Shown: in pieces, positions 1-10,039 of the stretch
Layout of the letters: each line of letters begins with the position of its first letter
Position numbering within the stretch: the stretch's first letter is position 1
From: Moniliella sp. 'wahieum'
Taxonomy: Eukaryota
Direction of reading: 5' to 3'
Assembly (NCBI GenBank): GCA_003971905.1
Contig: RSEE01000104.1
Location: 124,001-188,000 of the forward strand
Length of the DNA: 64,000 bases
Notes under the pieces: generated by a model
Seen by the model: the letters and a program-made list of their open reading frames with translations, nothing else
Database searches by the model: none
Told to the model about the DNA's origin: nothing
Position numbers and translations under genes: made by a program

Positions 1-212
1 TCAACCGGCCTCGGTTTTGTAATGGCACCGGACAAAGCGGCCCCTCGACACCATGGCATCACTCCCTTTCGCCGGCCGCTGCACGCTCTCCCCAATCCCC
101 CCCGGTCTTCCAGATTCTTCACCTCATTCCGGAAAGCTGCTCCCACTCGCTTGCACCCGCACCTCGTCGGGCTTCATACTCATTGCGGGATCCACCCACA
201 GAGGGGGGACAT

Positions 213-247
213 CCCCACCATTGTCCCCACCATTGTCCCCACCATTT
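213..247. repeat. 12-bp tandem repeat (CCCCACCATTGT, ~3 copies)
   Basis: ccccaccattgt ccccaccattgt ccccaccattt read directly; the minus strand of the two full copies contains ACAAT, an HMG-box-type core. Confidence 0.85.
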
Positions 248-1000
248 CCCACTGTGGCACAGCCGCGGAAATGGGATGGGACGGTTGATATGCTTCGTCC
301 TAGTTTTGCCCTGATAGGGCCCAAAAATTTGGACCAACGACTGATTGCGCAAATCAGCCTGTAGGGCCGCCTGCCGTCTCGGACGCTCCGACATTGTGGT
401 CCGGTACCGCAGCATCGGCGCGGTCGGCTCCAACTCCGCAATCGTGGCTGATGGACCTGGGGCACAGGTCCGTAGTTGGTGTCATCACCCCATCGTAACA
501 TATCCCTCACCCAGGTGAGCCGCCACTGCGATACTGCCCACTCGCCCACTAGCCACTTGCTTTGGCCCACGTCGTATCCAGGAGGGCCCGAGGAGCACCA
601 CGGCACGACAAGCGATTCTCCGATCCTCTTCATTCACGAGCGCATAGGCCACTGCACCAAAGCGATGAAGGTACCCTGGCGCAGCTGGTTTCTCCAGGTA
701 ACGCGTGGCAGGATTCGGAGGGCCAAGCTTGCCGATACTCATGTTGCGTATATACGCTGCGGCCTCAATGGCGAGCGGCCAAAGGTCCAGCCACCGCTGC
801 GATTCACAGCAGTTTCAACGGCGGTGTTGAACGTACTAGGAAGCGAATCTTGGATACGACCGTAGACAAAGGTGTCACGACGCTGGGGTTGAACGTTGAC
901 AACTTGTGCGCGATTACCTGATGCACCTGCAGTGCTCCCACTCGGTTGTGTTTCTGTTCTGTCACATGTCAGGTTCTCTCTAAGTTGCGTCCACTGCATA

Positions 1001-1054
1001 TCATTGGCAGAGCTTAAGGCTGGGACAGGGGAGTCGCTACGTCTAAACCGAACC
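1001..1054 (+). repeat. Left arm of 54-bp imperfect inverted repeat (partner 9986-10039)
   Basis: tcattggcagagcttaaggctgggacaggggagtcgctacgtctaaaccgaacc matches the reverse complement of 9986-10039 at 48/54 positions by manual alignment; weaker gapped similarity extends outward to ~977. Confidence 0.9.
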
Positions 1055-1338
1055 TGTGAAAACATATAGAATCGCAGCAACCGGTAACCAGTAACCTCTC
1101 TTCAAGCCTCAGCTTCTGGCTCTTAATTGAACCCTGTGTGAAACATAGGTCAGGTGGAACAGCGAGCAATGTACACAAGGGAATTATTCTGCGACCCAAC
1201 AGCAGCCAACAGTCATATTGAAGGAAGGATATGTAGCTGAAAACATTGGATTGCCGTATGAAAATATGGCTCAAGGCTTTCACTGCCAGTGGGGGTGAAC
1301 GAGATTCGCTCCACCCACCCCGAACAGAGAGGGCGGAC

Positions 1339-1370
1339 CTTCCGAAAGAGATTTGGAACTTCCGAAAGAG
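1339..1370 (+). repeat. Direct repeat CTTCCGAAAGAG x2 upstream of the pheromone gene
   Basis: Identical 12-mers at 1339-1350 and 1359-1370 (20-bp period). Confidence 0.8.
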
Positions 1371-1520
1371 GGAGCCAACTTGCCGATACACCCCGCGTTC
1401 GAGAGCAACGTAGACATCGGTACGTCACAGAAAAACTGGTGTGTAAAAGGGGCCGCGGGGGTTCCGGCTCAAGAGATAGGAAACAGACGATAGTATACTC
1501 TGCTAGGGACGGTGCATTGC

Positions 1521-1527
1521 TATTTAA
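1521..1527 (+). promoter_or_regulatory. TATA-like element of the pheromone gene
   Basis: TATTTAA ~120 bp upstream of ATG 1641, followed by a pyrimidine/CA-rich leader. Confidence 0.45.
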
Positions 1528-1640
1528 GAACAGCTCATTTTCCACAATGCCGGACGTACATCACCACTACCCTCACCCACTCTTCTCTCTCCTCATCAGC
1601 CACTGCCGACGCGCACCAGCACACCGTATCTTCCATCAAG

Positions 1641-1825
1641 ATGTCTCTTTTCACCATGTTCACCATCCCTACCAACACGATGGCGGCCGAGCCTATTGGC
1701 CCTGACCAGGACCCGAGTATGTAACGCAGCTCCGTTTGGTCTGATTCGCCGCCGGCCCGTATGTTGCTAACACTGTGCTTTTTGCACGCCCAGCTGGTTC
1801 CATGACTGGCTGTGTCATTGCCTAG
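1641..1825 (+). CDS. mfa: Lipopeptide (a-factor-type) mating pheromone precursor, 35 aa, two exons (1641-1716, 1794-1825)
   Basis: Intron 1717-1793 has a GTATGT donor, GCTAAC branch site (1766-1771) and CAG acceptor. The spliced product MSLFTMFTIPTNTMAAEPIGPDQDPTGSMTGCVIA* ends in the CaaX box CVIA. Size and MSLF start resemble smut Mfa precursors. Confidence 0.88.
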
Positions 1826-2375
1826 AGGGGCTTTCTGGTAAAGCCCTCCCAATGCCACGGCAGGTCAATCCCCAATCCTCCCTCCACCGCTGTTAGGCCG
1901 CTTAGGCATATCAGCAGTTCTCCTTGGCATCCCTACGGTTGATGCTCATGTCTGCACCTGTTCGGCCCGCAGGGATACTGGGAGGCATGCACCAGGATGT
2001 GTTTGTCTTTCAGTCTCTTCTAGCGCGGCCCTGGTACTTCATCTATCCATTTCCTCATCCCTTTTCCTTTGTTTCTGCGGTTGCTACAGTGAGGGTGATC
2101 CAATGGAAGGTGTTTGCGATAGCGATAGACGGGGCGAGAGGATTATGATACAGCGGTCGATGCCCCGTTGGATTGCGGTTGAGAGTTGGCGGTTGGCATT
2201 GCGAGTTGAGATGTTCGGTCTGAGAGAAAAAGGCGATGGTGTTTTGAGCTGGCAAAGGCGCACTGCCATGTGGCACGCTGCCGGCGTCGGAACACGCGTG
2301 TGGCCTGCTGACGTAAGGCGTGGACGCGTGCGGGTGTTGGCTGTGCTGGCCCGCCTGGGACGCGCCACGCATTTG

Positions 2376-2477
2376 CCATCGCCATCGCCACCGCCATCGC
2401 CATCGCCATCGCCACCGCCATCGCCACCGCCATCGTCACCGGCTTCGCCATCGTCTCTGCCATCGCCACCGGCTTCC
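2376..2477. repeat. GCCATC/GCCACC hexamer microsatellite just upstream of the TRF-like ATG
   Basis: gccatcgccatcgccaccgccatcgccatcgccatcgccaccgcc... read directly. Confidence 0.8.
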
Positions 2478-5400
2478 ATGTCGCGTCGGCACCAGACGCG
2501 TCCCTCCGCCCCGCCGCAGCTGGGCCTGGGCGCCGCGCCGATGCGCACGCCCTTCGCCTCCTCTGCCCCCCGTCTCCCGTCGCGCGCTGCCTCCGCGAGC
2601 CTCGGCCGCCGTGCACGCGGCAGCCTGGTCGGCCACACGCGCAGCGCCAGCGGCGCCAGCACCAGCACCAACCTCAGCGCCAGCCGTGGCATGCGCTTCC
2701 CGCGGTTGTCCGCCCTCGACCTGCCCCCATCCTCCCCGTGGCTGACGCAGCGGCCGAGCTGTCGAGCGTGCTGGGCGTCGTGTCCTTTGCCGCGGACCGC
2801 GTCCTGCGCGAGTACCTCGCCTTTGACCCTCACTTCCATCTCTCCGCTCTTTGGCGCCAGTGGCTCGCGTTTGCCACTGTCAAGCAGACCCAGCTCTCCC
2901 GCACTGCCGACTTTTTCTTCGAGTTTGTCGACCTCCCACGTCTCGCCAATATCTGGGCCCTGCCTTCTCACGCGCTCCCCCCGGCCGCCGCGACGGCTGT
3001 CCACAAGGCCAATTGTGCCACACTGCTCCATTTTGCCTGGCAGCTTCCTGAACTCCCCAAGCCTGATCCAGAGCTCGATCCAGACGGCTCGGCTGCCGCC
3101 AGAGAGCCACAGTACTTTGACCCAGACCTGCTCGATGCACCGCTCCAGGTGCGGGACGATAGCCAACTTGCCGTCACTCCCCGCCACTTTCTTCTTCACG
3201 TGATTCCAGCTCATTGGCCCTCCATCGATGCCCCAATTGTCAACGCCTACTTTTTCCTCCGCATTCGTTACACCCTCTCCCAGATCGTCCATGCGCTCCG
3301 GGTTGGACGAGCGGGTAATGACCCATCACCAAACGCGGGCTACCTGCCAAGCTGCTCTGGTTCAGGTTGGCAAGTCTTCAACTGTAGAACGTGATTGGGC
3401 TCAGCTGGTCCAAGCCGGTCGCCTCTCCACCGAAGAGCAAGCCAATGCGGTCAATGAGGTCCTAGCGCTGATCAACGACTGGGTCGAAGCTGTGGAGGAT
3501 ATTCTGGTTCAGTACCTCGCTGCTCCCGCCTCTTCTGATGCTAAAGTGGGCCAATTGGCGGCCGAGGAGATTACAGCAATTCGCCCGGTCGCACATGGGG
3601 CCGAGGAGTTGACGCTTCTCGTGCGCGAATTTTTGGAGCATCCCGAGTACCTCGACGCCCCCCAGCCAACGAGCCTAGCTTCACCCTACCCAGCCGCTCT
3701 GTTCTTCGATCGGGACTCTCCTCGGTGCATCTCGCCCGCCACCTTCAAGACGAGAGGTCCGGGCATCGTTGCCCCCGAACCTTCACCGCCAGAGATCCAC
3801 CTCAGTCTCTTTTACCTTGCCCCACGTCCGGCCGTCATCCATTGCCCTCACTTCGCGTATTGGTGAGCGCATTCTGTTTGCCTCGGATGATGATGAGTTT
3901 ACCTCGGCCCGGCGGAGCAGCCGGATGCCAACGAGACAGGTCTCAGCCGATCTCAGCGTCGTGCCATCCTCGAAGACTTGTCGAGCCACGAGGAAGAATC
4001 TGAGGTGGAGCAAGCCCAGTCAGACGCACCCAGTTCGGATGCCGAGCAAGCTCTGCCTGAAGCAACCCAGGACCCGGATGCACCTCATCCCGACATCGAG
4101 TCGACATCGGAAATGTCCTCTTGCAGAAGACGTCGACTCGGGCTCGGCTCTGCGTATTCCACCCCGACCCAAGGTCCCTCGTCCCCCGCGTCAGAGAAAG
4201 AGAGCCGCCGCGCCTGTCCAGGAGGAAGAGGCTGAACCTGCCCCCATGCCCGAGAGCGAGTACGACTATATCCCCGTGAACAGCCTCAGGAGCGGGAGGC
4301 ACGACCCAGCGTGGTACTCCCGCGCCGGCCACGGGCAGAACAAGACGTGGCAAGACAACCCGAGGAGAGGCTGGCCTTTGGGCCCAACAATGAGCTTATT
4401 CGTACTACTGCGCCTCATCCCCGCACCGGGCTCATGAGTCGCCGTCGAGGCCGAGGAGAGGAAAATGTGCAAGATCAAGAGCAGGGAAGAGACTCGTTTG
4501 ATTCCCAAGGGGTGTGGCCCTCACCGCTTACCAAGCGCCGACTTACCAATGTCGAAAGTTCCACCCCCTCGCCTCGCCCCAGCGTCGCCGTAAGAATCTG
4601 ACCCAGGCCGCAGAGAAGGCATCCAAAAGGCAGGAACGCAGATTCGAGCGTTCTGATTCTGGTTCACGAGACGAGTCAGAGCAGCCCCGGGCCGAGCCAT
4701 CACAACAGCCTCAAGAAGAAGAGTCCGAAAGGCTTGCGCCCCAGCCACCGCGTCGAACCCGCCCTACATCCGCATCGGCAAGTACTGTCACTGGCCAAGT
4801 CAAAGCTTCAGGCCGTCGGAGCCAGAAGAGAGATGCCGAACTGGTCCATGGGTTATCGCTTGAGCAACGGAGGCAAGTGCTTCTCAGTATGATGGACGAT
4901 TCAGATGTGTTGGAGTTTGATTCCCAGCCTTTATCCGAATCCCAAGGATCAATTGGGAACCAAGGGCGCACTGGGGCCACTAGATCTGCTGAGATGGCCC
5001 TAGGGTCGCAAGCCTCCCCGGAGCCTCAACAGGATGAGGAGGCGCGTCCTGCACCGGCACCTCCAGCACTCCCAGACTTGGGGAACATCGAGAACGATGG
5101 AGGCGCACCAGAGTTTACCACTCTCGATATAGAATTTCCCCCGCTTGAGGACGCCCCCGAGCCGCCTGGGGAACAGGAGGACCAGCCATTGCCTGTGTCG
5201 CCCCCTCCGCGGGACACTCCTCTCGTCGATTCAGGCGTCGTGCGGCGACGCGTCCTGTGGCACCCGTCACAGAAGAGACGGAAGGAGGTTTCGAAGAAGA
5301 TGAATTTGCCCAGAGGGTGCAGCTGGAACACACGCATCAATTGGGAGAGGGAAGGGGCCGAGCAGCTGCACTCGGGGGGAGGTTGCCCCATGCCTCAAAG

Positions 5401-6711
5401 ATTATGACCCCCCAGGAAATGCAGAGGAATATCCGACACCTCATGGAGGCCAAGGAACTTGCTGACCGCGGACAGAGGTGGGCCTATGTTCCCCCCACTC
5501 GTACCGATCCTCCGCGGCCCAAGGTTTCCATCCGCCAGGCACCCCGACAGCCTCCACGCGCCCCCGCATCTTGCTCCGCGGCGCGATCCCCCCGCTGGGT
5601 TTCGATCGATGGCAGGTCTGGGCCGTCAGAGGTGGACGGAGAAGGAGTCGGATACGTTGGTCAAGCGAGTGGCGTGGATCAGCTATTGGCTCGCCAGGGA
5701 TGGTGGAGCATCGAGAGGAATCCCAACAATGGGAGAGAAGCGGATTTGGGGGCTGGTGCGCTACTACCACGGCACCAACGGCGTTTACGACCACTCTCTC
5801 ATCCGTTTTGAACAGGGCACACGCTTCCGCGATCGCGTTCGCACGCTGCTCGATGAGCAAATGAGCCGAGGACTGCCAGAACCGTGGTGGGTCAAGCGCT
5901 TTATGGGCTACAGTGAACACGTACGTCCTCTTGCCTTCAGTTTTCAGTTGGATGTGACCTAACCCTTCTACCACCAGCTACTTTTTAAGCAGGTCCGTCT
6001 TCAACAACGTGAGCGCCAGCGCGCCTGGGACCTGCAGCACGGCGCTGACGTGTCGGATGAGGAGCTGCGCATGTCCTCCGACTCGGAGGCGGAGCGCATC
6101 CCTCTTGATGAGCTTACCCCGGAGCAGAGGCAGCTCCTTGAAATGCCCAGCTGGTCTGGGCGTGCGACTCGGAACCCCACCACCAAGCGGGAGCTCCTCC
6201 GGCTCTCTGCGGTTCATAACCAAGCCCAGGCCGGGATCCGGGTAATGGAGACATTGGAGGAGCGTCGGCGGATCCTCCGGGGAAATGAGTCAGAAAACGA
6301 AGATCGTGGTTGGTTCTCTGAACTTGAAGAAACCGACGGCGCAGATGGCTCCGAAGAGGAGCAGGATGAGTTGGACGAAGGCAGTCAGGGGCAGCGGGAA
6401 CAGGGCCAGGACCAAGACCAAGATCAAGAACCTGATCAAGGAAAATTCCCATGAAGAGCAAGAAACGGAGGCAGACCAAGCCCCCGCTCGTATTGGAACG
6501 GATGATTCCCAACGAAGTGATAGTCATGCCCGACCCCGAGCCTCTTTTTCCCTCCCCCTGCACCTCCAACGACTGGTATGCAGCTTCGCTCCAGGGCCAA
6601 CCCTTCTCAGTCGTCCCATCCGTCCCAGCCTCAGTCCCGGCCCGGCCTCGGCCCCGGCCACGCCCAGCCACCGACGAGCCTCTTTCCAAGCGCCTGCGTC
6701 GGCGGGTGTAA
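2478..6711 (+). CDS. Telomere-repeat-binding factor-like protein (TRFH-like domain plus telobox Myb; Tbf1/Trf2/Taz1 family); frameshifted, intron 5921-5977
   Basis: N-terminal FATVKQ...AVHKANCATLL...HFLLHVIP...AYFFLRIR resembles the fungal Tbf1 TRF domain (RKANLASFV...FLDVFVP...LFLELKT). 5624-5910 RQRWTEKESDTL...WGLVRYYHGTNG...FRDRVRTL...GLPEPWW resembles a telobox Myb. Long acidic linker. Ends approximate. Confidence 0.7.
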
Positions 6712-9700
6712 CTTTTGGCATTGTCCTCTGTTCTCGCTCCTATGTTTGTGTCCCTTGTTTGATGCGATTGTTTTCTATTCTGTGATTCTTTTGTATTCTC
6801 GATCGCGATCCCCCTTTTGTTGTGGGCAGGACTACGACTGAGACTGGCTCAGGTACAGGTGAGAAGTCCGGTTGCCCGTCAAAGGGTCTCAGGCACCCCA
6901 GACCCTTGGGCCGCAGCTGCTGCAGCGTATATATGGAACGTGCGTGAAAGAGATTGGATTCAAGGTGGTGTCTATGTATACGAGAAAAGGACGAAGTAAA
7001 CTATTGCAGTGTGGCTCAGCGCCCAATGCACTTGAAGGACATGTTCATGCATACGAAGCGAAGTATGCTGGGCGCGGCTCAGTACTCAACAACACTGATT
7101 CAGTGGGCAGAATCAGCTCAGGGCACTGCAATCCCTTCACGACTTTGCGATGGGCAGGAGGAATCGGCGGATGGCTGCGGCATAAACGTTAAACTCTATG
7201 GTAGCTCTATTAACAGCACGCGCCGATAAGATAACAAAATCCAAACACCTGTCGAGACTGTCCCTGAATGTCTCCTATACCAACCTCCAACCCATGTACG
7301 CGTTGTCCCGGCCACGCCAGTCACCTACTCCCCTCCTGTCCTTCTTCGGCACTCCACACAGAGCCAGAACTCTCCCAGTTAGTGCCTGCTAGTGCTCTCA
7401 TCAATATTTAATCGCTCCTACTTATCTATACGCTTTCATAACGTTTTCACCAAACATCGTAGATCTCATTTTGACATGTTGACATCCGATCGGGGTGTTA
7501 TCCTTATCAGCGCTCTCTGACAGCACTCAAGCTTCGAGTGATGAGCGTGTGTGGCTCGTACAATTAGTTTATAGTCCTGCTGTTGCTTGTCACATCTGCC
7601 TATCACAAAAGCTCTTTACGCGAGCACCCCTACTCTTGCTTCACATTTGTGACTTGCGATCTATCACAAAACGAGATCGGGAAGCTAAACACCTCCGTAG
7701 TTTAGCTTGGACTTTAGTGGTGGCATGCCGAACAAAGAGTGATTGGTGGACTATTACCACGGAGAGGATGGCAAATGATTACCTGTGGCACATGCTACTC
7801 GCACAGCTGTCTTCAGAGAAAGCTGTCCGATCATTCCGGCGACTGCTCATGCACTCATGCATCATGGAGACGTTGGTTCCAAAAGATGCGGCACATGGCT
7901 GAAGTTAAGCCATGGCTTGTCCAGGAGGGGGGATGTGCACGTTGGAAGCGAGTCAAAAGAACACGAGAAGTACGTGACGACGTGTGAAAGTGATAAGGCA
8001 CGGAGCCGTCTCGGCTCTGTGGAGAGAAGAGTCGAAGCGAGATCACAGGTGAGGCCAGATCTTTTTATTGAAGTAGAGGCAGCATCGAGAAAGAGATTGG
8101 TTGCCAGGAAGTGGGAATCAGGATCTATATTGTGACCAAGAGCTGGAGGTGAACATATTCGGCGCAGCTTGGCCTATAATTCGGGATCGAAGGCCATTAA
8201 CAGGCAGTATCCATGGTATATCGACAATAGACAGGGATCGGTCAATCTCAGATGATAAGGGAACACAAAAGAGGGGGAAGAGAAGCGAGACTGATATCAA
8301 GCCAAGGAAAGAGAAAGCGAAAGGGCGAGAGGCTGGTTATAGACCGAAAATAAGCAGGACGCGACACATAAAAAGTGCGATCGAGATCGGCGATAGTATC
8401 GCTAAACACAGAGCCGGGCAAAGATAAACGCAGGATAACTTAAAGATAAACAGAGGATTGATATGGTGATACGACAGGAGAGATGGCGGGTGAATCCGGT
8501 GTAGTTCAGTTCCGTCACATACCAGAAGGGTTAACTAAGAAGCCCAGCGGTGTAATCAGTTTGGTCGTTCAGTACATGAAGGAGATAATGAGAGTGTAGA
8601 ACGGCATTGACATTCCGTCTTTCCAATGCTTTTTTTTTGTTTCTCTCTCTCGGCATGGACGTTTACCTTTTCTCTCACTCTCGCTTAGGCACTCTCACTT
8701 AGGCAAGCTGTAAGTTCATAAGTCACTTTCCCCGGTAGGCTATAAATGCACTATAGTCTCACCTTTTCCTATACGTTTGACCAAACCTATACTCCCTCCT
8801 TCCTTTCACGTTGAGCATATGCGTTGACTACCTCTGTTGCTAACATTCCTTACGAGGAAGTGCTATCGGATGACATTCTTAGTGCCTTCGCAGTCTTCGC
8901 TTGCTTCTGTTGGGGTAGTACTGGTGTTCCCCTGCACGGCCCTCGGTGGATCGGCGACGCTCACTTAACCGGGCGGAAGAGTTGCGCTTGCAGGGCGCGC
9001 GCGCCTGCTCGCTTCATCTCCCTTCTCTCCCTCCTGTCTCCTTCCCTTCAATTCAGATGTTGCTTGAGCTTTGCCTTCACGCCTTGTCTGAAGGCTGCAT
9101 TGCAGCTGATCCATAGGATCGCGAGTGCTCCCAAGTCGCACTCTATAGCAGCTTCGTCTGCTTCTCGCTCTGTCAACATCTATCCCAGTGCCATGGGGCT
9201 TAGACAGAAGGGGGTTACCAAAAAGGGGCCAACCAATAGTCAGCATCCTTGATTGGTGGGGATCCTTTATCCCACCTTCCGTTCTCGTCCCTTCCCGCCT
9301 TTCCTGTCCAACTCCTGAACGTTTCCAGCCAATTGATTCAGTATACAGGCAACCTCTCGTCTCCACTTAGCTGCATCATCTTCATCATCCAACCTCGTCC
9401 CCCAGCTTTCCATCTGCCCAGTCGCGCGAGCCTTCCATCAGCCGCGTCGGTTCCCCGTACCACAGCACGTCGCGTGGGTTCCTTTCACAGACACTGCCAT
9501 GCGTCCGCTCCACTGCATCTACCCGACTCTCAGCCCCGGAGGCTTCAGACACGTTACTATCCTCCAGCCGGCGTATACGCAGCCTTGCCACGCGTGCAGC
9601 CGCCTCGGCTTCACGTTCCACCCCCCCACCTTATTTTTGTCGCAAAGACCCCAATTGCTTTCTGCATCTCCTCCTTGCTCCACCGCTCCGCGGCAGCCTT

Positions 9701-9985
9701 GTGGCCATGGCGACGGCAGTGGCGGCACAACTCTCAGCGTGGATTGAAGGAACACTGTGCGCGAGTGGTCGTTGGTGCGGCAATGGTGGCACCGCCAGTG
9801 AGCACGGGTAGGGAGGGGCATTTTAAGGGAGTGGAGGGACGCGTCGACGCGACTCTGTCATATGCCCGATGATTGGCGTCGCCCGCCCCGGCCAGTCACG
9901 TGCAGGTCGGCGGGCAGTAGGGTTGCACATTTCCTTTGCCTGCTCGCTATAGAACTAAGACCCAAGTAACCCCCGCAAGATGAAC

Positions 9986-10039
9986 GGTTAGGTGTAGACG
10001 TAGCGTTCCCCCTGTCCCAGCCTTAAGCTCTGTCAATGA
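9986..10039 (-). repeat. Right arm of 54-bp imperfect inverted repeat (partner 1001-1054)
   Basis: ggttaggtgtagacgtagcgttccccctgtcccagccttaagctctgtcaatga; its reverse complement aligns to 1001-1054 with 6 mismatches. Confidence 0.9.

Noticed and set aside
2738..5962. Homeodomain (bE/bW) mating-type gene
   Set aside because: No WFxNxR motif; the motifs fit TRFH and Myb instead.
7268..7392. Possible small spliced ORF (MSPIPTSNP + GTACGC...CAG)
   Set aside because: Splicing creates an immediate stop, and there is no CaaX motif or clear branch site.
8700..9985. Telomerase RNA next to the TRF-like gene
   Set aside because: No TAACCCTAA-type template found; only a partial CAACCCTA on the minus strand near 9918-9925.
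1001..10039. Autonomous DNA transposon with terminal inverted repeats
   Set aside because: No transposase-like ORF inside, no target-site duplication evident, and the cargo looks like host genes.
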